DNA from: Chrysemys picta bellii
Lineage: Eukaryota
Assembly (NCBI RefSeq): GCF_011386835.1
Contig: NC_088810.1
Location: 2,604,001-2,668,000, forward strand
Length of the DNA stretch: 64,000 nt
Direction: 5' to 3'
In this document: positions 36,611 to 48,580 of the stretch, one piece after another
Position numbering within the stretch: position 1 is the first letter of the stretch
How the letters are laid out: each line of letters opens with the position of its first letter
The notes under the pieces: model-generated
Told to the model about the DNA's origin: nothing
The model's input: the letters and a program-made list of their open reading frames with translations, nothing else
Databases searched by the model: none
Program-made: the position numbers and the translations under genes

Positions 36611-38743
36611 AATTAATTAACACAATGGGAGCTTCATCACCACTCATCAGCAGGTCTGCACTGCCCTAGTGAGATGGCCCAGAGGGCAGCTCACAGTCTG
36701 GTCTGGGATCCAGGCCACCAGGAGGTGGGTGTGTTACTGGCTAGTTTTCCAGCTGAAGCTGGTGTCCATGGGGCCCAGCTCTTGTCAGGGCGGAAAAGGG
36801 AATGGAGCCAGGATCAGGGGGACAACAGAGTCCAGAGAGAGACAGGCAGGATGGGAGGGGTAAGAAACTAGGGGCTGGGGGCAACAGGGATGGGCAGGAG
36901 GGGTCTGGGACAGTAAAAGGGGCAGTGACATGGGCAGATGATTTGGGGCAGGTGGGGGATTGATTGTTTTTATGAATGTCAATTTGCACCCCTCCCCGGG
37001 AGCAGGTCAGGGTTAGAAGTAAGGTAAGGAATGACCGTGGGTTGGAAGCCAGGTCCACACGCTCCTTGTTCAAGGAGACTCTATGAAGAGCCAGAGGGGA
37101 AGCTGTGGCCGGGGCTTCACAGAGCAGGGGGCTCCTGCCCGGGATGCTTCACTCTGAGGAGGGGTGTTTGAATGGAGAAACTCCTGTGTGTGGCATTGGG
37201 TGAGGAGCCCGGAAGAAGGGAAACTGAGGCAGCGTGCTGTGGAGCTGCTATGCCCACAAGGGGACACTCAGCGGGCAGCTGGTCTGGTTACCTGAAGGCT
37301 CTGGGTGCAAGGAGAGAGCACAGAAGTTGCTGAGGGGAGTTTTGATGGTGGTTTTGTCAGCAAGGTGAGGTGAATGTCCGAGCAGTCACATCCCCCGTTC
37401 TCTTACTGCGTTCACCTCCAGCTGCAGGCAACTTCCATACAGTGCTTATGCAAAGTTGAGGAACTGGCCTGGCTTTTTCAATGTTGGTGACTAATTGCCA
37501 GGTGGAGTGTGACCCCGACAACAAAACCCCTGCACTTTGCTCCTGCCTCCTCAGAAGAAAGCCGGGAGCTGCTGTGGCTGCAAGGCGGAGGAACCTCTGA
37601 GGTATCTGGGGAGGGGAGGGCGTTGAGGGGCGGGAAAGGGGGCACAAGGGGAATGATGAGGAGCCCTGGAGGGCGCCTGAGGGGCCGGGTGGGGCAAACA
37701 GAGTTGTGGAGCTCTGAGGGGAATTATAGGGCGTGGGGAAGGACTAGGGAGATTCTCAGTTACACTAAATCCCCTTCGTGTTGCCCCAGTGGTGAGACGA
37801 AGCATAACTCAGATTTCGGACCCCGCATTCCTCTCCACAAACCCAAAGGCTGTTCCTGTCATTTACAAGGCCCGAAAACGAGGCATTAGGGACGTCAGAA
37901 ATCTCTCACCCCCCCACAGAACGCACATAAAAATACAACCGCTGGTTTGGGCTGTTTAATCTCCCAGAGATTTAAAACCCGGAGCTGGACTGGAACCAGC
38001 GCTGTGGAGAAGAAAGACCCAGATCTAGGCTTGGCAGAATGTTTATTTTTATTTTATAGCGATGTTTGTTTTTAAGGATTTATTTTATTTGTTTTGATTT
38101 CAGTTTTCTCAGTTGTGCAAAATTATGGGCTTTAAGCATGTTTATCGATTTACACTTTCACAGTTGCGGGAAGCCAGGGAAGGTCAGACGATCGGGTGTC
38201 AGACAACAATGGCAGTAGACATTGAGACTCAGAAACTTGAAACTTGGTAGCTGTTAAAACACAAACTGTCAACGTCATGGGTCGAAACTTTGACCTTAAA
38301 TCAAATTCTAATCAGCTCTGAAGCACCATTTTCCGTACTTTGCTGACCTGTCAGTTTCAAGTATCGATGGCAATATTTTGCATTCCCAGCTCCCGTGAGC
38401 CAGCCAACGCCCTGGAGAACACAAACAAAACAAGGGCACGTTCTCTTGGCCCTTCCTCCTATTATAGTGGGCCAGCAGCCCTGTTAGAGTTAAGGTTTAG
38501 ACCAGCTTTCGGTATCTTCTAAGTGCTCTAAAATCTGCATCGTTAATTAGACTGCCTTGAACCACGGTTTGCCTAATGGGGGTACTGGCTAGGGTTACTG
38601 ATCCAAATTTGGGGTCATTTAAGCAAGGGATTCCCAAGATCCAGTCTTCCCCCTCTTCCCCCTCCCCAAAAAATCCTTCTCTTAAGGGTTCTACCAATGT
38701 TTTTTTGGTACCTGACCTGAAGAAGAACTCTGTGAAGTTTAGT

Positions 38744-38970
38744 ATCTGAGGGGTCGCCGTGTTAGTCTGGATCTGTAAAAAGCGACAAAGAGTTCTGTGG
38801 CACCTTATAGACTCACAGATGTATTGGAACATAAGCTTTCGTGGGTGAATATCCACTTCGTCAGACGCATGTCATGGAAATTTCCAGAGACAGGTATAAA
38901 TAGGCAGGCAAGAATCAGTCTGGAGATAACGAGGTTAGTTCAATCAGGGAGGGTGAGGCCCTCTTCTAGC
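38744..38970 (-). mobile_element. Penelope-like element terminal fragment
   Basis: Contains the hammerhead core followed by TGAGTCTATAAGGTGCCACAG...CAGACTAACACGGC; nested in another degenerate hammerhead-bearing repeat. Confidence 0.7.
38829..38868 (-). ncRNA. Minimal type I hammerhead ribozyme motif
   Basis: GCGT-CTGACGA-A-GTGG(ATATTCAC)CCAC-GAAA-GCT-T-ATGT: both core boxes, 4-bp stem II, palindromic AGCT stem III, and stem I with G:U pairs. Confidence 0.65.
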
Positions 38971-39229
38971 ACTTGAGGTGTGAACACCAAGGGAGGAGAA
39001 AAGTTTGGAAGGTTGCAAGGTTGTGTTTCTTCCACCCAGAAGCTGGTCCCATAAGGATATTCCCTCACCCACAGGGGCGGCGAGATGTATGGGCCCATGG
39101 TGCCCCTACTCCACCAATATGAGAGCACGGGGGCCCGGCTCCACCAAAGTTCAGGGCTGGGTCTCTCCCCCAACCCCATCTGCCAGCCCCGCACACCTCC
39201 CCCTCCTACCTCATTTTCACTGGCATTCA

Positions 39230-40335
39230 CTATGGTAGACGTCCAATCACCACCAACCTTCTTGGTGAAAATCAAAACAAAGACGTCATTAAGCACCTCT
39301 GCCATTTCTACATTTTGTGTTGTCTTTCCCCCCTCGTTGAGTAACGGCCCTACTCTGTCCTTGGTCTTCCTCTTGCTTCTAATGTACTTGTAGAATGTTT
39401 TCTTGTTACCCTTTATGTCTCTAGCTAGTTTGATCTCGTTTTGTGCCTTGGCCTTTCTAATTTTGTCCCTACAGACTTGTGTTAGTTGTTTATATTCATC
39501 CTTTGTAATTTGACTGAGTTTCCACTTTTTGTAGGGCTCTTTTTTGAGTTTTAGATCATCCAAGATCTCCTGGTAAAGCCAGGCTGGTCTCTTGCCAGAC
39601 TTCCTATCTTTCCTATGCAGTGGGATAGTTTGATCTTGTGCCCTTAATAATTACTTTTTGAAAAACTGCCAACTGTCTTCTATTGTTTTTCCCCTTAGAC
39701 TTGCTCCCCATGGGATCTTACCTTCCAACTCCCTGAATTTGCTAAAGTCTGCCGCCTTGAAATCCATTGTCTTTATTGTGCTGTTCTCCCTCTTACCATT
39801 CCTTAGAATCATGAACTCTATCATTTCATGATCACTTTCCCACAAGCTGCCTTCCACTTTCAAATTCTCAACCAGTTCCTCCCTATTTGGCAAAACCAAA
39901 TCTAGAACAGCCTCTCCCCTGGTAGCTTTCTCGACCTTCTGAAATAAAAACTTGTCTCCAATACATTCCAAGAACTTGTGAGATAATCTGTGCCCTGCTG
40001 TCTTATTTTCCCAACAGATGCCTCGGGAGTTGAAGTCCACCATCACCACCAAGTCCTGTGTTTTGGATGTTTTGTTAGTTGTTTAAAAAAAGCCTCATCC
40101 ACCTCTTCTTCCTGGTTAGGTGGTCTGTAGTAGACCCCTACCATGGCATCACCTTTGGTTTTTACCCCTTTTATCCTTACCCAGAAACTTTCAACAAGTC
40201 TGTCTTCTATTTCCATGTCAACCTCAGTCCGAGTGTGTACATTTTTAATATATAAGGCAACACCTCCTCCCTTTTCCCCCGTTTACCCTTCCTGAGCAAG
40301 CTGTACCCTTCTATATCAATATTCCAGGCATGAGT
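39230..40335 (-). mobile_element. CR1 LINE ORF2 fragment (endonuclease and linker remnants)
   Basis: ORFs 39651-40052 ([12 protein letters not shown]...LDLVL...SDHEMIEF) and 38940-39563 ([17 protein letters not shown]). Confidence 0.88.
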
Positions 40336-40339
40336 ATCA

Positions 40340-40690
40340 GTTGACAAATACATGATACAGTTTTCAAGTACATAAAAGGTTGTTACAAGGAGGAGGGAGA
40401 AAAAAATTTCTTGTTAGCCTCTGAGGACAGGACAAGAAGCAATGAGCTTAAATGGCAGTAAGGGCGGTTTAGGTTGGACATTAGAAAAAACTTCCTGTTG
40501 GGATGGTTAGGTACTGGAATAGATTCCCTAGGGAGGTTGTGGAATCTCCATCACTGGAGGTTTTTAAGAGCAGGTTGGACAAACACCTGCCAGGGATGGT
40601 TTAGATAATACTTAGTCCTGCCATGAGTGCAGGGGACTGGACTAGATGACCTCTCAAGGTCCCTTCCAGTCCTATGTCTATGATTCTCTC
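40340..40690 (+). mobile_element. CR1 3' end (empty site for the LTR found in paralogs)
   Basis: GGTTGTGGAATCTCCATCACTGGAGGTTTTTAAG...GATGACCTCTCAAGGTCCCTTCCAGTCCTATG. Confidence 0.85.
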
Positions 40691-41540
40691 CAAGTAGTTT
40701 TTTATTCTGGTTATTGTGGTTTAGGGCTGCAGCGAGGGGAGGGGGATAAATGGGGTGGTTGATGGGGAGGGATTGGGGGCCACCTCAGGGGGAAGGGGTG
40801 GGGATGAGGGGTGTGACACTAGGATGGGTGACACACAGGTGAGTAGCAGAGAAAGGGGGAGGGATGAGGGGTGAAGGAGTGTGTCAGCCCCACATAGTCT
40901 CCTCCCAGGTATGTACCAGGATCTGGGAGTCTCTGAGGCCTTCTCCCGTTCACCCCTCGTGTCAGCCAGGATCGGGGGGGGCAGCCCCCCATGTGGGAGT
41001 TGGGAATGAGGAGCAGTTTGCTCTCTGGGGGGGGGGCTGTCTGAGCCCCTCTCCCTGCCCTCCGTTCCTGTGCTGGGTGGGCCTTGGCTTTCACTCCCAT
41101 CTCCAACACATCCCGAAAAGCAACACGTACTCCAGACATCATCAGACACCCCTCATGGTGACCTCCTGCTCTCCTGGCTCCGCAAAGTGGCACATCTGAT
41201 GGCCCCATAGTCTACTCCTGAGGGAATTCTGTGCCAAAATATTAAAAATATTCATAGCTCGTTAATTTTGTGCACATACGGTAGCACAGAATTCCCGCAG
41301 GAGTAAAAGTCCGTGCAGTGGGGAGGTTAATCTGTATTAACAGTGCTTAAGGTTTGTGCACAGTGGGGACGGGGATGCAAGTTTCAGAACACGTGCTGGT
41401 GGGGGTGAAAACAGCCCCACGGCTGCGTGTCTGTAAGTTGCTATATGAACAGTTTTATTTTTTAAAGGCTACATTTACACTAACCGAAACATGCCTTTTC
41501 CTTTTCTTGTCTTGGGAAGAGAGAATCTGCTGTAGGTGTC

Positions 41541-42875
41541 ATGGATATGGATCTAGTCTCAGTGCTCAGGAAGGGTATGGAGTCTGTCTCAGCACGCATG
41601 AAGGGTATGGAGTCTGTCTCAGCACTCATGAAGGGTATGGAGTCCATCTCAGTGCTCATGAAAGCTCTGCATGTAAGGTTGGACCCAAAGGAATTCTTCA
41701 ATGGCTCCATAAAGGTGTTTGAGGAGTTCATGGATATTTTCAAAGACAAAGAACAGGCAGAAGTGGCTTCTATAGCGCAGGCGGAGCTGGATTTGTTCAA
41801 ATCCACCATGCTCAACATCGCAGTCACGGGGGAGACGGGTGCCGGGAAATCGTCCTTCATCAACGCCCTCCGGGGACTGACCGCTGAGGATGACGGGGCT
41901 GCCCCAACGGGGGTGACAGAAATGACGACGGAGCCGACTGTTTATCCCTATCCAAACCACCCCAACGTGAGGCTGTGGGACCTGCCCGGCATTGGTGCCC
42001 CAGATTTCCAGCCAACCACGTACCTGCAACAGGTGAACTTCGAATGCTATGACTTCTTCGTGATCATCGCTTCGGAGCGCTTCAAATGCAACCATATGGC
42101 CCTGGCCCAGGAGATCGAGAGAATGGGGAAGAGGTTCTATTTTGTGCTCTCCAAGGTGGATGAAGACTTGTGCAACGAAGAAAGGGATCACCCTAGAACA
42201 TTCAGTCAGGAGAGCGTCCTGGAGAGACTCAGGATGGACTGCAGGAAACACCTGCAAAAGGCAGGGATGAGCAACCCAGAGATTTTCCTTCTCTCCAGCT
42301 GTGAATTCACCAAGTATGATGCTCCTGGCCTGGTCAAGACTTTGAAGGATGATCTCCCAGGGCCGAAGAGACTTGCCTTTCTACTCAGTCTGCCACACCT
42401 GTCTGCCGAAATCATAGAGGAGAAGAAAGCTGCCCTGAAGAAGCTGATATGGTTAATCTCTCTCGCGTCGGCTTTAGTTAATATCATTCCTATCCCGCGG
42501 CTCTCTGTTGCTTGTGATATTAGCATCCTGCTAGGATTCATGATTGCCTTCTACAAGTACTTTGGCCTAGATGACGGCTCCTTGGCTAATCTGGCCAGGC
42601 AGAGTGGGAAACCAATAGCGGAGCTGAAGGCTGTTATCCTATCTCCTGAGGCAAAAGAAATAAACAGAGATTTTGTAATCAAACTGCTTCTAAAGGAGGA
42701 GAAGGTTTTGCCTAGATTAATTGCATATGTACCAGTGCTTGGTCCCATGTTAACTGTGGGAATCTCTTTTTCAACCACCTACTTCATGCTGTTGAGATTT
42801 CTCAGTGAAGTGGCTGAAGATGCCGAAAGGGTTCGGAAGACCGCTTTGAAGGAAGACAAGAAAAAGCGTAAATGA
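41541..42875 (+). CDS. IRGC-like: Immunity-related GTPase, GKS class, copy A (444 aa), apparently intact
   Basis: Single coding exon; G1 GETGAGKS, switch I PTGVTEMTT, G3 WDLPG, G4 SKVD; four N-terminal 10-aa repeats; C-terminal KEDKKKRK. Confidence 0.95.
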   Translation: MDMDLVSVLRKGMESVSARMKGMESVSALMKGMESISVLMKALHVRLDPKEFFNGSIKVFEEFMDIFKDKEQAEVASIAQAELDLFKSTMLNIAVTGETGAGKSSFINALRGLTAEDDGAAPTGVTEMTTEPTVYPYPNHPNVRLWDLPGIGAPDFQPTTYLQQVNFECYDFFVIIASERFKCNHMALAQEIERMGKRFYFVLSKVDEDLCNEERDHPRTFSQESVLERLRMDCRKHLQKAGMSNPEIFLLSSCEFTKYDAPGLVKTLKDDLPGPKRLAFLLSLPHLSAEIIEEKKAALKKLIWLISLASALVNIIPIPRLSVACDISILLGFMIAFYKYFGLDDGSLANLARQSGKPIAELKAVILSPEAKEINRDFVIKLLLKEEKVLPRLIAYVPVLGPMLTVGISFSTTYFMLLRFLSEVAEDAERVRKTALKEDKKKRK

Positions 42876-43069
42876 TCAGCAGACGTGTTCATGAATCAGA
42901 GACACAATCCCACATGGAGATTGGGCCACCACACCTTTAAATGTTAAAAATCAAGCCGAAAAGAAGCAGCCTTTTTATTCTTTAATTTCCCACAGTGAGT
43001 CAGGTTTCTAGGCTTTCTCTTGGACTTGTTAGGGTAGCCAAACCATTTTTCTAATACAGGAAAACCAAC

Positions 43070-44394
43070 TTCTCCCATTTTTCCTTATTCTTTTCTTTAG
43101 ATTAATTGTTAATTAAAAAACTTGTATTTGCTTTAAATTGTATGGAATAATCAGTGGGTCAGGGAGGTGCCCAGTGCAGAGAGGGTACCCTGGAGTGGGG
43201 ACACCCTAGCCCCTGTTGGAATCCTGGGCCCAGCCTTGTTGGGGTTATGAGGACTCTGCCAGACAGGAGAGTGGAAGGGGAGCCCTCGAGGGCAGGGAGG
43301 CCTCTGGGTAAAGGGAGTGGGAGCGAGGACTCAGATCCTTTCGCTCGCCCATTTCACTGGGGTAGTGCAGAAGCCAGGAAAGTCCCCCACAATAGCGGGA
43401 TCATTTCCCCGCTTACATTTAGGAAGGAATTCGCCAGGTTAAGTACCTGATCAGGAAACACGTGGAGAACAATGCATCTTGGAATGCTCCAATCCACAAA
43501 AGAAGTCTTCCTGGAGACATGCAAGATACCTTGTGGACAATGGCTTCGGCCTGTAAAGACTGAGTCATGCAGGGGCATGTGACTTGCCCAGGTGACTCCA
43601 GAACTCCATCTTGGAGCTGGACTTTGCATAGGAGGGAGGAGGGGGGTCTCCACCCACAAGAGAGAGTCTATTTAAACCCGTGGGAGACCCCTCCATTTTG
43701 TCTTCAGCTGGCTAAGGAAGAAGCCTCTCCACCCCCCCCCCCCCCAGGATACTTAAAGGGAACTGGAACAAAGGACAGTAACTACAGGGGGTGTGAGTGA
43801 TTGCTGGACCCAGGCTAAAAGGAGATTAGCCTGTAAAAGGGGAGCATTCTGGAACTGGTGAGGAACTTACCTGTATTTAGTTTGATTAGACATAGATTTG
43901 CACATTTTATTTTATTTTACTTGGTGACTTACTCTGTTCTGTCTGTTCCTACTTGGAACCACTTAAATCCTACTTACTGTATTTAATAAAATCACTTTTT
44001 ATTTAGTAATTCACTCAGAGTATGTATTAATACCTGGGGGAGCAAACAACTGTGCATATCTCTCTATCAGTGTTATAGAGGGCGAACAATTTCTGAGTTT
44101 GCCCTGCATAAGCTTTATGCAGGGTAAAACGGGTTTATCTGGGTTTAGACCCCATTGGGAGTTGGGCATCTGAGTGCCAAAGACAAGCACACTTCTGTGA
44201 GCTGTTTTCAGGTAAACCTGCAGCTTTGGGACAAGTGATTCAGACCCTGGGTCTGAGTTGGAGAAGACGGGAGTGTCTGGCTCAGCAAGACAGGGTGCTG
44301 GAGTCCTGCGCTGGCAGGGAAAACAGGAGCAGGGGTAGTCTTTGCACATCAGGTGGCAGATCCCAAGGGGGTTTCTGTGATCCAACCCATCACA
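43070..44394. mobile_element. LTR fragment (family of 18950-20102)
   Basis: Shares the block from AATAAAATCACTT to GTTTCTGTGATCCAACCCATCACA with the 18950 LTR; its 5' end is not a TG terminus. Confidence 0.7.
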
Positions 44395-44635
44395 CCAACT
44401 AATTCCCAGTGTCAGGGATTCCTGTGCTTAACCCTGCTAATTCCCAGTGGCAGGGAGTCCCACTGGTTAACACTGTTAATGCCCACAGGACCCTCTGTTG
44501 CCTTTTACTGTTAATGCCCAGTGGCAGGGAGTCCTGTGGGTTAACCCCGCTCATTCCCAGTGGCAGGGAGTCTCTCTGGTTAACACTGGTAAGGCCCAGA
44601 GGCAGGGAGTCCGTGGGTTAACACTGCTACTCCCC
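44395..44635. repeat. 39-bp minisatellite, ~6 copies
   Basis: Unit CTAATTCCCAGTGGCAGGGAGTCCTGTGGGTTAACCCCG. Confidence 0.85.
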
Positions 44636-47600
44636 AGTACCATAACAAAATGCTTAGGCATCACTTTAAACACAAGACATCAGTGAGGTTGCCGCTCAAG
44701 GATTTAAAGTTCTGCACGTCTTTAAATGCTTTGCTGAACCAGGGCTCCAAAGAAGGGGGCAGACAGTCATACAGGGGGTGCGTCATGTGATGAGCTTTTA
44801 GATCAGAGAGGAAATGGAAGGCGAGAGCAGCCTCACGACTTTGAAATGAGCCAAAGCTTTGTCTGGACTAGGGGAAAAGGGGTGCCTTGCATTAAAACGG
44901 GGATCTCATGGGTGATCTCAGCCAGCTGATCACAGCGGAACATTGTGGGACACCGCCATGAGGCCAATTCAGTCGACGTACACAACACTGGGTCTACACT
45001 GCCTGTCTGTCGACCCATCAACGTCGAATTCATTACGTAATTAAGTCAACATTACAGGTGGATTAGGTTGGCGGAAGAGACCTCACAGTGTAGATGCATA
45101 CGTTATTAGATCAACGTAAGGCGGCTTCCTTTGACCTAACTTTGTCATGTAGACCAGGCCTTAATTAATTAATACAACGGGAGCTTCATCACCACTCATC
45201 AGCAGGTCTGCACTGCCCTAGTGAGATGGCCCAGAGGGCAGCTCACAGTCTGGTCTGGGATCCAGGCCACCAGAGGGTGGGTGTGTTACTGGCTGTCCAT
45301 GGGGCCCAGATGTTGTTGGGGCGGAAAAGGGAATGGAGCCAGGATCAGGGGGACACACAGAGTCCAGAGAGAGACAGGCAGGATGGGAGGGGTAAGAAAC
45401 TAGGGGCTGGGGGCATCAGGGATGGGCAGGAGGGGTCTGGGACAGTAAAAGAGGCAGTGACATAGGGGGATGATTTGGGGCAGGTGGGGGATGGATTGTT
45501 TTTACGTGTGGCAATTTGCACCCCTCCCCGGGAGCAGGTCAGGGTTAGAAGTAAGGGAAAGAATGATGGTGGGTTGGAAGCCAGGCCCTCACGCTCTGTA
45601 AAATGACAGTACCCCTTGTTCAAGGAGACAGTACCCCTTGTTCAAGAGCCAGAGGGAAAGCTGTGGCCGGGGCTTCGCAGAGCAGGGGGCTCCTGCCCGG
45701 GATGCTTCACTCTGAGGAGGGGTGTTTGAACAGAGAAACTCCTGTGTGTGGCATTGGGTGAGGAGCCTAGAAGAAGGGAAACTGAGGCAGGGTGCTGCGG
45801 TGCCACTTCACCCACAAAGGGATGCTCATGGGGCAGCTGGCCTGGTTACCTGGAGGCTCTGGGTGCAAGGAGAGAGCACAGAAGTTGCTGAGGGGAGTTT
45901 GGGTGGAGTTTTTATCAACAAGGTGAGGTGGAATCCGAGCAGTCATGGCCCCTGTCTCATTACTGCGTTCACCTCCAGCTGCAGGTAACTTCTCTGTATG
46001 TTTATGCAAAGCTGAGGCACTGGCCTGGCTTCTTCAATGTTGGTGACTAATTGCCAGGTGGGGTGTGACCCCGATAATAAACCCCCTGCACTTTGCTCCT
46101 GCCTCGTCAGAAGAAAGCTGGGAGCTGCTGTGGCTGCAAGGCGGAGGAAGCTCTGAGGTATCTGGGGAGGGGAGGGCGTTGAGGGGAGGGGAAGAGGGCA
46201 CAAGGGGAACGATGAGCCCTGGAGGGCGCCTGAGGGGCCGGGTGGGGCAAGGCAGAGTTGTGGAGCTCTGAGGTACCGGGCGGGGGAATTATAGGGTGGG
46301 AGGAAGGTACCGAGGGACTAGGGAGATTCTCAGTTACACTAAATCCCCTTCATGCTGCCCGAGGGGTGAGATTTCAGACCCTGCATTTCTCTCCACAAAA
46401 TCCAAAGGCTGTTTCTGTCATTTACAAGGCCCGAAAACGAGGCATTAAGGACGTCAGAAATCTCCCACCTCCCACAGAACACATATAAAAATACAACCAC
46501 CCAGAGCCGGTGCAAGGATATTTTGCACCCTAGGTGAAACTTCCACCTTGTCCCCCCACCCCACAGAATCAGAATCCTGCCCCAATAACAGAGAAAACTG
46601 GGGATCCCACACCAGCCAAAGTAACCACTTTGAGTTGCTGTTGTTTCATGCCAGGCGGGTGGGTGTGCCTATGCAAACCAGATCAGCCCCTGGAGTTCTT
46701 TCCACACTCGCCATAATTCCCCACCAGATGTCAGGGTAGAGCTCATCCGGACTCTGCTTACATCTACACGCTAAAAGCCCCTGTAAATCTCTTGAAGTTT
46801 AAGTTCAATGCACCAGTTCCTGCCAGGGCCGGTGCAAGGATATTTTGCGCCCTAGGCAAAACTTCCACCTTGCCCGCCCCCCCCCCCCCCCCCGCACTTC
46901 GGTTCATTGAGGGGCAAATCCCAATGAGCCTTTATAGACCCCAGGGGCCAGCCGTGCCCAGGGGCTGCTCCCCAGACCAGGTCCCCCCTCCCCGCCCCCT
47001 GAACTCCCCTGGAGTGTGCACAGCCCCCCTGTGAGCCCTCCCCACCCCACCCCGGCGGCCCCCGCCCCGAGTCCACTCACTGGCTTTGCCGGGCTTGGGC
47101 CGCTGCAGCAACTCGGCAGGGACGAGCCGCCTCCTGGGGGCTCCTACAGCAGATGCATGTGGGAGGAGGCCCCCTTGCGCCCCTCCAGCTCCCCCCTCAC
47201 TGCGCTCGGGCTCTGCGGCTCCTGGGAGTATGAGCCACCACCGCCGCTGCCCTTCCTGGAGCAGGCTCAGGGCCTCGCACCCCCGGGTGTTGGTACCTCC
47301 CTTGTCATTGTCTCTGGAGAGTCAGTATCTGGGCGCCTCCCAAACCCACAGCATTTTAGTAACAACCAAGCAACACAATTCTCATAACTTCAGATGTATT
47401 CATGATAAACATATTTAAATAGAACAGTGACTTTCAGGAGATAATAACCTTTCCGCTGGTACCTCACACGACCTGCTTTATATGCAATATCACAATTATA
47501 TATAAATGAGGAATATGGGGGTTACAGGGCACGTCCCCAAGGTACAGAATGTCACCATCACTGGAGGTTTTTAAGAGCAGGTTAGATGAACACCTGTCAG

Positions 47601-48580
47601 GGATGGTGCTTGGTCCCCACCTGACCTGTGGGTGCTTGGTCCTGCCATGAGTGCAGGGGACTGGACTAGATTACCTCTCAAGGTCCCTTCTAGTCCTATG
47701 TATATGATTCTCTCCAAGTAGTTTTTTATTCTGGTTATTGTGGTTTAGGGCTGCAGCGAGGGGAGGTGGATAAATGGGGTGGTTGATGGGGAGGGGTTGG
47801 GGACCACCTCAGGGGGAAGGGGTGGGGATAAGAGGGGTGGGATGCTAGTATGGGTGACACACAGGTGAGTGGCAGGGAAAGGGGGAAGGATGAGGGGTGA
47901 AGGAGTGTGTCAGCCCCACATAGTCTCCTATCAGGTGTGTACCAGGATCTGGGAATGTCTGAGTCCTTCTCTCGCCTACCACTCATGTCAGCCAGGGTCT
48001 GGGGGGCCCTGCATTCTAGGAGTGCCTGCCCCCCATGTGGGAGTTGGGAATTAGGAGCAGTTTGCTCTCTGGGGGGGGCTGTCTGAGCCCCTCTCTCTGC
48101 CCCCCCGTGCCTGTGCTGGGTGGTCCTTGGCTTTCACTCCCATCTCCAACACATCCCGAAAAGCAACACGTACTCCAGACATCATCAGACACCTCCATGG
48201 CGACCTCCTGCTCTCCTGGCTCCACATGCAGCACATCTGACAGCCCCATAGTCTACTCCTGGGAGAATTCTGTGCCAAAATATTAAAAATATGCACAGCT
48301 CATTAATTATGCACGCACTCAGTAGCGCAGAATTCCCCCAGGAGTAAGAGTCCGTACACCGGGAGGTTAACCTGTATTAACAGTGCTTACGGTTTGTGCA
48401 GAGTGGGGATGGGGATGGAAGTTTCAGCACATGTGCTGGTGAGGGTGAAACCAACCCCACGGCTGCAAGTCTGTAAGTTGCTACATGAACAGTTCTATTT
48501 TTTTCAGGTTACATTTACACTAACCTAAACGTGCCTTTTCCTTTTCTTGTCTTGGGAAGAGGGAATCTCTTGTAGGTGCC

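Noticed and set aside
38940-40052. 207-aa and 133-aa ORFs as host genes
   Set aside because: They are broken CR1 ORF2 segments.
41515-41540. Open frame between the acceptor and ATG of the + strand IRGs, hinting at further fusions
   Set aside because: It is only 5-21 nt, so being open is expected by chance, and no upstream + strand Ig or TM exons were found.
41649-42257. Long antisense ORFs over the + strand IRGs (also 48653-49339 and 62398-62964) and over the minus-strand IRGs
   Set aside because: These are shadow frames of GC-rich coding sequence with no recognisable domains, and their boundaries differ between paralogs.
43065-44399. Apparent CCAAC target-site duplication around the LTR fragment
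   Set aside because: The right-hand copy is part of the 39-bp minisatellite and the flank does not resume as in copy B, so this is a deletion or rearrangement rather than a TSD.
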